Shown in pieces: positions 10,821-20,022 of a DNA stretch of 64,000 bases (position 1 is the first letter of the stretch; every line of letters begins with the position of its first letter). The position numbers and the translations under genes are program-made. The notes under the pieces were generated by a model. The model did not search any database. It was not told the origin of the DNA and worked only from the letters and a program-made list of their open reading frames with translations. The stretch spans positions 704,001 to 768,000 of the forward strand of contig OZ240248.1 of assembly GCA_965198235.1 (NCBI GenBank), written 5' to 3'. The DNA is from Candidatus Poribacteria bacterium. Its GTDB lineage: Bacteria; Poribacteria; WGA-4E; WGA-3G.

Positions 10821-12377
10821 TCACTTTACCAGACCTATGTTGGATTCACGCTTTAATTGGTGAAGGGGGATTCTCAGAGCGAAACTACTCCCTTCTCCTT
10901 CTTGGCTTGTCACGCTAATCTCGCCACCGTGCAACATGATAAGCCTGTGTGTTAAGGCTAAACCGAGACCTGTTCCACCGTACCGCCGAGATTTTGACGT
11001 ATCGATCTGTGTAAACGGGGCGAAGAGTTTCGCCTGATCTGTTTCGGCAATACCTATACCTGTATCACTAACTTCGGCCCGCAGTTCTGTCGTTCCAACT
11101 TCCAGTTGTGTTGCTACTTTACCGCCTTCTGGGGTGAATTTCACTGCATTGGAGAGTAGGTTATAGAAAATCTGCTTGAATTTAACTCGGTCAGCTTCAA
11201 TCATACCATTCTGGTTGTAGTTCAAGGTAAGGTCCAGATCTTTCTTTACAGCGAGTGCGGTGATAATAGCGTTGACTTCCTCGACTGCTTCAACAATAGA
11301 GAACATCTCTAATTGTAGTGCCATTTTTCCGGCTTCGATTTTTGAAAGGTCAAGGATGTCATTGATCATTTCGAGCAGATGTTCGCCGCTAATGTGAATA
11401 TCATTGATGCATTCCTTTTGCTCGGCGTTAATGCTTCCGACGAGTTCATCCCGCAGGATTTCGGCGAATCCGATAATCGCATTCAAAGGTGTGCGCAGTT
11501 CGTGACTCATGTTTGCGAGGAAATCGCTTTTTGCACGGCTCGCGTACTCAACCGCTTGTTGGACGCGATAGTATTCAGTTATGTCTCGTGAAATACCACA
11601 TGTTCCTACTATGCGTCCTTCTCTATCTCGAATTGGGACTTTTGTCGTTGATACCCATGTATCCTGTTCATTGGGCCAGGTCTCTCTTTCCTGTTTCCCC
11701 TCAATAGGTTTCCCAGATTCAATGACATCTTGCTCGTCCTGATATGCCTGTTGCGCATGTTCACGGGTAAAGAAGTCAAAGTCGGTTTTATGGACCGCCT
11801 CTACGGGATTTTTTAAACCGAACCGATCCGCTAAAGAGCGATTGATTCGTATAAATCTACTCTCTGTATCTTTGAAATAGATATGGTCAGGGGTATTTTC
11901 CATCAGAGTATGCAACAGATCTGCTTCTCGAACATGCTTTGCCGCCAATTGCTGGAATCGAGTTTCACTCTCTTTCAACCTCGCTTCTAACTGCTTTTGC
12001 GCCGTTATATCTGTTGCGACGACGTAACAGAGTTGTTTTTCATCACCTTTTGTTGCGCGCCATCTTAGCCACCTGTAAGACGCGTCTTTGCACCGAAATC
12101 GGTTTTCAAAGGGTCTTTCGCGTTTTCCTGTTTTCACCTTTTCGATCTCGGTAAGCATTTCCTCCCGATCCTCTGGATGTATGAACGCGGACCATTCGGA
12201 GTTTTGAAGCTCCAATTGTGTGAATCCGAGCATTTCTTCCCATACCGAGTTGAGAGCGACGAAGCTGCCGTCACAACGGATATACCCGAACATATCCGTG
12301 GAAATCTCTAAGAAGCAGTTTGGTTCAATGATTTCATCCATTAATATGTGCTTGAAAGTTGCGTCTTTAAGCTTCAT
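10821..12377 (-). CDS. PAS-PAS sensor histidine kinase (cytoplasmic)
   Basis: Two PAS/PAC domains, MSHELRTPL H-box, NLLSNAVKF, GTGLGL; GGAGG RBS before ATG 12377. Confidence 0.92.
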   Translation of the reverse strand: MKLKDATFKHILMDEIIEPNCFLEISTDMFGYIRCDGSFVALNSVWEEMLGFTQLELQNSEWSAFIHPEDREEMLTEIEKVKTGKRERPFENRFRCKDASYRWLRWRATKGDEKQLCYVVATDITAQKQLEARLKESETRFQQLAAKHVREADLLHTLMENTPDHIYFKDTESRFIRINRSLADRFGLKNPVEAVHKTDFDFFTREHAQQAYQDEQDVIESGKPIEGKQERETWPNEQDTWVSTTKVPIRDREGRIVGTCGISRDITEYYRVQQAVEYASRAKSDFLANMSHELRTPLNAIIGFAEILRDELVGSINAEQKECINDIHISGEHLLEMINDILDLSKIEAGKMALQLEMFSIVEAVEEVNAIITALAVKKDLDLTLNYNQNGMIEADRVKFKQIFYNLLSNAVKFTPEGGKVATQLEVGTTELRAEVSDTGIGIAETDQAKLFAPFTQIDTSKSRRYGGTGLGLALTHRLIMLHGGEISVTSQEGEGSSFALRIPLHQLKRESNIGLVK

Positions 12378-12427
12378 GTTTACCTCCACAAAATGCGAGG
12401 TAATAGCACCTCGTGAGTCACGTGAAT

Positions 12428-13189
12428 CTATGTTGTGACGAGGACTGCGCGGTTTGCCAGTTTCACAACAGTTTGCGTAGTGCTTTGGAAAACAAGCTCG
12501 TACAATCTCCCATGATGACTCGCGCTCAGTGCAATGAGGTCGCAATCATTTTCCTCTGCGTTTTCCAGGATGTTTGTTACCGTAAAGCCACGAGCAGTCA
12601 GGAAGTCAGTTTGAACGTCATAATATTTCAAATACGCTTCCATCTGCTGCTTGATCTGGGCTGCCTCCGGTTGCGTGCTTGAAAGAGCAAGCCCTAAAAT
12701 TCCAGCTTTTGTTAACTCCCCGATTTCGGCGACGAGCCCTAAGGCATGATCAGAATAGCCATCCCCATGATGTACAGCGAGAATTTTCCGCAACAGTGTG
12801 CATTGTTCGTGCACCACAATAATAGGTCTCGTGATATGGAGCAGCACATCGTCGATTTGGCTTTGGATAAGTTTTAGACGACGCTTTCTTATATCTTCAG
12901 GAAGCCCAACAACAACGAGGTCAGCGGAATGGGCTTTTTCGCAGATCATCTGTCTCGGATTGCCAGCGACAGCCTCAACGTGGTAATCCAAGAAATCGTA
13001 GAGCGAGCACTCCGCCTCCGTTCGACGTATGACGGTCGCTGCGACATCAGCGTTTCCACCGTGCTGGCTGTCTTGAAAGAAAACACATGATAAGTGTGTT
13101 CCCAGAAGCACTGCCAGTTGTCCAGCGTACTCAAAGGCATTTTTCTCGTAATCCGTATCGCCGATGGCAACGAGGATATTTTTTATCAT
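12428..13189 (-). CDS. Universal stress protein (tandem USP domains)
   Basis: MIKNILVAI N-terminus, ADLVVVG, RPIIVV, C-terminal ST..VV..A.RAVLV. Confidence 0.8.
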   Translation of the reverse strand: MIKNILVAIGDTDYEKNAFEYAGQLAVLLGTHLSCVFFQDSQHGGNADVAATVIRRTEAECSLYDFLDYHVEAVAGNPRQMICEKAHSADLVVVGLPEDIRKRRLKLIQSQIDDVLLHITRPIIVVHEQCTLLRKILAVHHGDGYSDHALGLVAEIGELTKAGILGLALSSTQPEAAQIKQQMEAYLKYYDVQTDFLTARGFTVTNILENAEENDCDLIALSASHHGRLYELVFQSTTQTVVKLANRAVLVTT

Positions 13190-13291
13190 GAGACATCCCC
13201 TTATAGATGCGAGGCAGTAGGGCTTTACTCACAAGTTTCCGACGTTAGCAAGGCACCTCTCGCTACAATAAAACTAAGATTAGCCTGAATC

Positions 13292-13645
13292 TCACTCGGG
13301 GTGCTGCAGCAAGGCAGCAACGGCATCATCTTCGCTTTCAAAGTTTTTAAAGACGGTGATTAACCGCGCCATGACAATGAGGTTCTTGACATGTTTGTTC
13401 ACATTAATCACTGCTATTTTCCCCCCGCGTGGGTAAATCTTAGTATAGATTTTCATAAGCATGCCAAGCCCAGAACTATCCATTCCAGTTACTTCTTTGA
13501 AGTCAAACACCAGTCTCGGGGGTGAGGAGTGCACTGCAAGTGCCTCCTCTACGGTTTCCGAAACCTCTTTGATCCCCGGGGTGATAATTCTGCCGCTCAG
13601 TCTGAAAATAACGACCCCTTCTTTCTCAGACACGGTGATTGCCAT
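13292..13645 (-). CDS. STAS-domain anti-sigma antagonist
   Basis: DFKEVTGMDSSGLGML. Confidence 0.85.
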   Translation of the reverse strand: MAITVSEKEGVVIFRLSGRIITPGIKEVSETVEEALAVHSSPPRLVFDFKEVTGMDSSGLGMLMKIYTKIYPRGGKIAVINVNKHVKNLIVMARLITVFKNFESEDDAVAALLQHPE

Positions 13646-13715
13646 AGTGTACGTACTCCTAATGCTACTGCGCGTTTAGGTTATGGGTGGACTTTCCCAA
13701 TCACGGCACTTAACT

Positions 13716-14057
13716 TTAACTTGACAGTGCCGAAACTGCAGCATCCTCGGTCTCGAAATGTTCAAAGATACTGACGAGCCGACTGCGGACAATCAGATTT
13801 TTGATATTTCTTCCGACGTTGATGACACCGATACGCCCCTTCTTTCGCGTTGCGGCGACATGTGCCCCCATCAGCGTGCCGAGACCTGAACTATCCATCA
13901 TGTTGACCCGATCGAAATTAATGAGAATACGTGGCTCATCGGAGGCATCAATCTGTGAAGTGATTGCCTCTCGTAATTCCGATACTGAGGCACCCATTAT
14001 TTTTCCACTCGGTTCTAAGATTGCAACACCATCTTTCTGGCGAATCGTGGTTGCCAT
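13716..14057 (-). CDS. STAS-domain anti-sigma antagonist (paralog of 13292-13645)
   Basis: NFDRVNMMDSSGLGTL; AAGGAG RBS before ATG 14057. Confidence 0.88.
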   Translation of the reverse strand: MATTIRQKDGVAILEPSGKIMGASVSELREAITSQIDASDEPRILINFDRVNMMDSSGLGTLMGAHVAATRKKGRIGVINVGRNIKNLIVRSRLVSIFEHFETEDAAVSALSS

Positions 14058-14109
14058 GATTGTCTCCTTTTTTATTTCATGGAAAACTGAATTTCGATTC
14101 ATACCTCTA

Positions 14110-14138
14110 ATTCTACACTATTTGAAAATATTTGTCAA
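14110..14138 (-). promoter_or_regulatory. Putative sigma70 promoter for the STAS-USP-HK run
   Basis: TTGACA-N17-TAGAAT. Confidence 0.55.
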
Positions 14139-14392
14139 CCCGCAATTTGGGTATCTCTTTGATTTTGTCAAATCTTGCCAAAAAGGGTTTGCTCTTTTCA
14201 ATTTTACAACCTTTTTAAAGTAAGGATAGCCGTTCAACTGTGCAGAAAACTACTCACTACCGGTCTATGTTCTTTTATTTTTATGGCAGAAAATTCGGAC
14301 TCAATAATCCTGAAATCAATCGGATTTTGTTTGTTTTTAACACTGAAATAGGGTATAATGTTGACGGATTTCTATTAGGAGAAAGGAAAGCA

Positions 14393-15142
14393 ATGTACGA
14401 ACCGAACCGTATACGAATTAAGGATCTCCCCGAGGATGAACGTCCCCGTGAAAGACTCCGAAAACATGGACCGGAGAGCCTGAGGGATTCTGACCTCTTG
14501 GCTATCATTCTCAAAAGTGGTACCAAAGGGACAACCGCTGTCCAACTTGGTGAACAGATCCTTATGGCTTTTGACGGTGATTTGAAACGGATGGCTGACA
14601 ACAAGTCCAAGCAATTTGAGAAGATTAGAGGAATTGGTGAGGCAAAAGCAGCGCAGATCGTTGCGGCGTTTGAACTCGGAAAACGATTAGCACGTTTCCA
14701 CGCCGATCGCGATAAAATTACATCTCCGGCTGATGTCGCAGATCTGATGATGTCTAAAATGCGGTACCTACAGAAGGAAATCGTTTGTGTCTTGTGCCTT
14801 GATACCAAAGGTGGTGTGACAACTAAAGGTATCGCTGGTAACCTCAGCGACGATTTAACTTGGGGCAAAAAATTATTGTCAGAAGGTACAGTCTTTGAAG
14901 GCACTCTAAACGCCAGTGTTTTTCACCCACGCGAAATTTTCCGATTCGCCATTGAGGAGTCAGCGAATTCAATTATCCTTGTTCACAATCATCCATCGGG
15001 AGATCCTCAGCCGAGCCAAGAGGACATTCGGGCAACAAAACAGCTGATTGAGGCTGGAAATCAAGTTGGGATAAAAGTGTTGGATCACATCATCATCGGC
15101 GATGGGATTTTTGTTAGCCTGAAGGAAGAAAACTTCATTTGA
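14393..15142 (+). CDS. radC: RadC/JAB-domain protein
   Basis: ERPRERL, GIGEAKA HhH, HPREIF, HNHPSGD, LDHIII. Confidence 0.92.
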   Translation: MYEPNRIRIKDLPEDERPRERLRKHGPESLRDSDLLAIILKSGTKGTTAVQLGEQILMAFDGDLKRMADNKSKQFEKIRGIGEAKAAQIVAAFELGKRLARFHADRDKITSPADVADLMMSKMRYLQKEIVCVLCLDTKGGVTTKGIAGNLSDDLTWGKKLLSEGTVFEGTLNASVFHPREIFRFAIEESANSIILVHNHPSGDPQPSQEDIRATKQLIEAGNQVGIKVLDHIIIGDGIFVSLKEENFI

Positions 15143-15153
15143 AGTATGCCGAT

Positions 15154-15894
15154 TCATTTCACATCGCGTTGTCGAATTACCTCGTAGAACAGAACACCCG
15201 CGGCAACTGAAACGTTAAGGGAGTCAATTTTGCCTAACATCGGCAGGTGAACAAGATAATCACATTTCTGTTTGACGAGTCGTCGGAGGCCTTTACCTTC
15301 ACTTCCCAAGGCGAGACACAATGGCACACTAAAGTCAGCATCTGTGTACAGACAAGATGCATTCTCAGCGGCACCGGCAACCCAGATTCCTCTGTTTTTA
15401 AGCGTGTCTATGGTATGTGCAATGTTTGTCACTTTGACGATGGGCACATATGTGGAAGCACCAGCTGATGCTTTGTGGACAGCCGCTGTGATGCCGACAG
15501 CACGATTTTTTGGAATGATAACAGCATCGGCATTCACAGCCTCAGCAGTACGGAGAATCGCCCCAAGGTTTCTTGGGTCTTGAATGTTATCTAATATAAT
15601 TAACAGCGCGTTGTGCTCGCTGCGTTCTATTTTCGCGAGTATTGATGACAGATCGTTGTAACGCGCTGGACTGACAAGGGCGATAACACCTTGGTGTGGT
15701 ACAGATGGCTCAAGCCTATCCAGTTCGCGTCGTGTACAGTGTTTTATAGGGACACCCGCCTTTTCTGCCATTGTGACGATATGTTGGATGCGCGAGTGGG
15801 TATTCCCCTCGGCAATCCAGATTTTTTTTATGGCTTGAGTCCCGCGCTGTAGATGCTCTATAACTGGATTTCTACCAACAATGTATTCGGACAT
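15154..15894 (-). CDS. rlmB: 23S rRNA (Gm2251) 2'-O-methyltransferase
   Basis: HQGV, QDPRNLGAILR, GSEGKG, SLNVSVA SPOUT motifs. Confidence 0.9.
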   Translation of the reverse strand: MSEYIVGRNPVIEHLQRGTQAIKKIWIAEGNTHSRIQHIVTMAEKAGVPIKHCTRRELDRLEPSVPHQGVIALVSPARYNDLSSILAKIERSEHNALLIILDNIQDPRNLGAILRTAEAVNADAVIIPKNRAVGITAAVHKASAGASTYVPIVKVTNIAHTIDTLKNRGIWVAGAAENASCLYTDADFSVPLCLALGSEGKGLRRLVKQKCDYLVHLPMLGKIDSLNVSVAAGVLFYEVIRQRDVK

Positions 15895-15933
15895 ATCAAA
15901 GTGTAGGCGAATACGGGTATCAGCCCTCACAGA

Positions 15934-16173
15934 TTAGTCACCACGAGCGAATTTAACATCTGGTCCGCGCGGTTCAATATTAATATCTGGATCTGCAGTT
16001 TGGCATTTAACGCAGGTAATATCACCGACGTTTGCGTTTTCCATGCGCGGAGCAAGTGTTCCCAGCTTAAACACAAACCCTAAAACGTCATTCGCTGGGA
16101 TTTGCTCATCACATGAATCGCAAGGAATCGCCTCTCCTGATTTGGCTTTTGCTAAAAGTTCTGATGCTTTCAT
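15934..16173 (-). CDS. Small CxxC...CxxC putative Zn-binding protein
   Basis: CDSC and CVKC pairs; RBS GAAGGA before ATG 16173. Confidence 0.6.
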   Translation of the reverse strand: MKASELLAKAKSGEAIPCDSCDEQIPANDVLGFVFKLGTLAPRMENANVGDITCVKCQTADPDINIEPRGPDVKFARGD

Positions 16174-16204
16174 GGTCTTTCCTTCGTTCACATCCATTAA
16201 ATTG

Positions 16205-18070
16205 CTACAGGAAGTATCGCTCCTTTTGCTTATCCGATTCGTACGCTTCGTACGCCTTTTGCGCCGTGTCTACTTCGGAGACTTGCGCGATAGGAACATC
16301 CCACCACGATTCGTAGCGCGGAACCTGTTGGTCGTAGTCTACATCAATCTTCACGACGGTTGTGTGCGCTGCTTCGCGTGCCTCATGCAGGGCGGCTTTT
16401 AGGCTTTGCAAGGTTGTCGCTTCAATTACCTTGGCACCAAGACTGGCGGCATTCGCGGCGAGATCCACTGGTAAAAAGTCGCCTTCAAGTTCACCAGTTT
16501 CTTCGTCGCGGTAGCGGAAGCGGGTAGCGAAGCCTTGCGCGCCGGTTGCCCGAGACAATCCACCGATGCTACTATGTCCCTCATTATTCACAAGCACGAT
16601 AATAAGTTTAAAACCTTCCTGAATTGATGTGATGATTTCCTGTGCCAGCATTAAGTACGAACCATCACCTACCATGACGTAGACATCGCGGTTCGGATCC
16701 GCCATTTTTATGCCTAATCCACCAGCGATTTCGTAGCCCATACACGAGTATCCATACTCTAAGTGGTACTGTTTTGGGTTGCGGGTACGCCATAACTTGT
16801 GCAAGTCCCCAGGAAGGCTCCCTGCGGCGGAAATCATGACATCCTCAGGACGCGAGAATTCGTTAACCACACCAATGACCTCACTTTGGCTCGGTATAGG
16901 ACCGTGCCCAAGGTGGTAAAGCCGATCCACTTCTTCCTCCCATTCGTCGCGATAGTTCTTGATTTGTGTGGCATAGGCGGTGTCAACGTGATAGTTCCCC
17001 ACAGCAGTAGCGAGTTCTTCAAGTGTGACGCGCGCATCCGCGACAAGCGGTAAGGCGGCATGTTTAAAGGCATCGAATTCAGCAACATTAATGTTGATGA
17101 AACGGACGTTGGGGTTTTGGAAAGCAGTCTTGGAAGCAGTCGTGAAATCGCTCAAGCGCGTGCCGATGGCAATCACCAAATCTGCCTCCCGGGCAGTGAT
17201 ATTTGCCCCTGGTGTTCCAGTCGCGCCTATTGCTCCAAGATTCTGCGGATGGTTGTAGGGCAGTGAACCTTTTCCGGCGAAAGTTTCACCGACAGGAATA
17301 CCGGTTTGCTTTGCAAATTGAGCGAGTTGCGCCGTGGCTTCGCTGTAGATAACACCACCACCGGCGATAATTAAAGGAGATTTACTCTCGCGAATCCATG
17401 ACGTTGCGCGATTAAGAAGGCTTACATCAGCACGGGGTCGAGATATGGTATAAACACGTTTCTCAAACAGTTGTGAAGGATAATCATACGCCTCAGCTTG
17501 AACGTCTTGTGGAAGTGCTAAGGTTACTGTCCCCGTATCAGCCTGCGATGTCAGCACCCGCATTGCCTCTGGTAAGGCAGTAATTATCTGTTCTGGACGA
17601 TTAATCCGATCCCAATAACGTGAAATCGGTTTGAAACAATCGTTCACTGAATAATCTTGTGAACTGGAGGACTCCAGCTGTTGTAAAACTGGGGCGACTA
17701 AGCGTGTGGAGAAAATGTCTCCCGGTAGTAAGAGTACCGGCAGTCGGTTAATCGTTGCTCCCGCAGCACCTGTAACCATGTTTGTTGCCCCCGGTCCAAT
17801 GGATGTCGTGCAAGCAAAGGTTCGTAGGCGATTGTTCATTTTGGTAAATGCAGCGGCGGTGTGCACCATCGATTGTTCGTTCCGAGTCTGGTAGAAACGG
17901 AAGGAATCGGAGTACTGATGCAACGCTTGCCCGATACCAGCAACGTTTCCGTGACCGAAGATTCCGAACATACCGGCAAAAAATTGGGTTTCGTTCCCAT
18001 CTCGTTCAACATATTGTTGTCGAAGAAATTGAACGATGGCTTGTCCCATCGTGAGTGTTTGTGTTTTCAT
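16205..18070 (-). CDS. iolD: 3D-(3,5/4)-trihydroxycyclohexane-1,2-dione acylhydrolase
   Basis: IFGHGNVAG, RNEQSMVH, EYGYSCMGYE, GDGSYLM ThDP motif, WWDV C-terminus. Confidence 0.95.
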   Translation of the reverse strand: MKTQTLTMGQAIVQFLRQQYVERDGNETQFFAGMFGIFGHGNVAGIGQALHQYSDSFRFYQTRNEQSMVHTAAAFTKMNNRLRTFACTTSIGPGATNMVTGAAGATINRLPVLLLPGDIFSTRLVAPVLQQLESSSSQDYSVNDCFKPISRYWDRINRPEQIITALPEAMRVLTSQADTGTVTLALPQDVQAEAYDYPSQLFEKRVYTISRPRADVSLLNRATSWIRESKSPLIIAGGGVIYSEATAQLAQFAKQTGIPVGETFAGKGSLPYNHPQNLGAIGATGTPGANITAREADLVIAIGTRLSDFTTASKTAFQNPNVRFININVAEFDAFKHAALPLVADARVTLEELATAVGNYHVDTAYATQIKNYRDEWEEEVDRLYHLGHGPIPSQSEVIGVVNEFSRPEDVMISAAGSLPGDLHKLWRTRNPKQYHLEYGYSCMGYEIAGGLGIKMADPNRDVYVMVGDGSYLMLAQEIITSIQEGFKLIIVLVNNEGHSSIGGLSRATGAQGFATRFRYRDEETGELEGDFLPVDLAANAASLGAKVIEATTLQSLKAALHEAREAAHTTVVKIDVDYDQQVPRYESWWDVPIAQVSEVDTAQKAYEAYESDKQKERYFL

Positions 18071-18160
18071 GAAGATTATTGCGCATTTTCCGAGAGGAAA
18101 CTGCTGCTCCTTAAATAAAGTGATGTATGGCTGCGGTATGGAACCTAAGCCAAAGTGTGT

Positions 18161-19168
18161 TTACCATCCGCCGCGTTCGGCGACAAATTCATCAACTTCC
18201 GGCATTGTCGGCATAAAGTTAGCACAACCATGCCGTGTTACGACAATTGCACCCGTGGCGTTGCCGAGACGAGCAGATTTTTCCCAACCCCAACCACTGA
18301 GATGACCGTAAATAAAACCGCTCGCGAAAGCATCCCCAGCACCGAGCGTATTGTAAACTTCGACAGGAAACGGCTCCGCGTGAATGATTTCTCCGTTCGT
18401 TAAATGAACATCCGCACCCTCAATCCCACGTTTTACTATCAGCGCATCTGGACCGGCATTTAAAAGCGTCTCAATGGCAAATGCCATATCCCCTTCAATC
18501 GTAGGATTTGAGATTTGAGAGTGTTCAATTGTGAGTTGTGAAAGATTCGTAAGCGTTGCAGCTTTGATTTCTTCCTCTGTCCCGATGGCGATATCAATAT
18601 AACATAAAGCTGACCGCATGACAACACCGAATGCTCTTGGATCATGCCACTGATCTGCCCGGAAATCAAGATCCAAAAAGACGTGTTTGCCGAGGGCTTG
18701 TGCCTGTTCCGCAGCATAGAGTGTTGCGCTGCGACTCGGTTCTTTACTCAAGCCAGTGCCAGATATCAGCACTGCTCGACTTTCAACGATCGGCGCGGCG
18801 AGAACATCGTCAATAGTGAGTTCAATATCCGCACAGTTATCGCGGTAATAGATTAGCGGGAACCGATCTGGCGGCTCAATACCGAGGACGACAGCACTTG
18901 TTCGGTACCCCGGTTTGTGTGGAATAAACTGGATTTCAACGCCTTCATTTTTCAAAAACTTGAGTAAGAACTCTCCAACCGGATCCTCACCGACGGCGGT
19001 GAGGAGTGCAGCTTGAAGCCCAAGCCGCTGGATACCAACGCTGATATTAGTAGGACATCCGCCAACAAAGGCACCAAAACTTTTAATATCTGGAAATGCA
19101 GCACCGATGTCGTTCGCGTAGAGGTCTAAAGAACTCCGTCCGATTGAGAGAATATCGTAAGTTTTCAT
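18161..19168 (-). CDS. iolC: 5-dehydro-2-deoxygluconokinase
   Basis: GRSSLDLY, GGCPTN, YYRDNCAD, LGAGDAFASG; adjacent to iolD. Confidence 0.9.
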   Translation of the reverse strand: MKTYDILSIGRSSLDLYANDIGAAFPDIKSFGAFVGGCPTNISVGIQRLGLQAALLTAVGEDPVGEFLLKFLKNEGVEIQFIPHKPGYRTSAVVLGIEPPDRFPLIYYRDNCADIELTIDDVLAAPIVESRAVLISGTGLSKEPSRSATLYAAEQAQALGKHVFLDLDFRADQWHDPRAFGVVMRSALCYIDIAIGTEEEIKAATLTNLSQLTIEHSQISNPTIEGDMAFAIETLLNAGPDALIVKRGIEGADVHLTNGEIIHAEPFPVEVYNTLGAGDAFASGFIYGHLSGWGWEKSARLGNATGAIVVTRHGCANFMPTMPEVDEFVAERGGW

Positions 19169-19221
19169 TTTCTTTTCGCAGTGCGTGTACTATTTAAAAA
19201 AATTAAAAATCGGTAAAACCG

Positions 19222-20010
19222 TCATTTATGAGTGTTTGAAGCCTCTACTGCATTTTTGAATTTTTGATGTTCCTCAGCAAATTTACGGGTTAAGAGAAAA
19301 GCATCATTTCCACAGGCAATCAGTTGAACGCCAAGATTTAACCACTGTTCACCGCTCTCAAAGTCGTTGACATAACAGCCTAAAGGGATATTATATGTCT
19401 GTGTGAGGTTAATAATACTTTTTATGGCTTCTAAAAGTAGTGGGTGGCTGAGTTCACCAGAGATACCCATAGAGGTGGATAGGTCATAGGGACCAATAAA
19501 TACAACATCTAACTCGCCGGTGTCGAGAATTTCATTTAGGTTTTCAACGGCTTGAATGGTTTCAATTTGCCCGATGGTGAGGATTTCCTGATTTGCCCTG
19601 TGGACATATTCTCTGGTATTGAGTCTTGTGAAGTCACCATAATCGGTATGTCCAATGCCGAAAGCAACTCCTCGGTCGCCTTCGGGGGCATATTTTGTCC
19701 ATTTTTTAATTTTTTCAATGTCTTCACAGGACTCGACCCGAGGAATCATGACACCGGTCGCACCAGCGTCAAGTACCCGAGAGACAAAATGGCGTTCAAG
19801 TGTGGGGACACGGACAATACAAGAAAGATTCGAACCACGTGCGTTCCGAATTGTCCGCCCAATAGTTTCTATGGAGAAGGAGCTGTGCTCCAAGTCTGCG
19901 ATAATAAAGTCTGCCCCGGCACTTGCGAGAAGTGTCGCAATCGCGGAGCCAGCGAATTCAAGTACAAATGTTCCGACAAGCACTTCTCCGCGCTTCAAAG
20001 CTGCTTTCAC
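19222..20010 (-). CDS. HpcH/HpaI-family class II pyruvate aldolase
   Basis: DLEHS, LDAGA.G.M.P, KYAPEGDRG, QIET, FIGPYDL. Confidence 0.88.
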   Translation of the reverse strand: MKAALKRGEVLVGTFVLEFAGSAIATLLASAGADFIIADLEHSSFSIETIGRTIRNARGSNLSCIVRVPTLERHFVSRVLDAGATGVMIPRVESCEDIEKIKKWTKYAPEGDRGVAFGIGHTDYGDFTRLNTREYVHRANQEILTIGQIETIQAVENLNEILDTGELDVVFIGPYDLSTSMGISGELSHPLLLEAIKSIINLTQTYNIPLGCYVNDFESGEQWLNLGVQLIACGNDAFLLTRKFAEEHQKFKNAVEASNTHK

Positions 20011-20022
20011 TATGTAGTTCCT

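Noticed and set aside
14393-15142. RadC as a marker of a mobile or anti-defence island
   Set aside because: Full-length chromosomal type with HhH, among housekeeping genes
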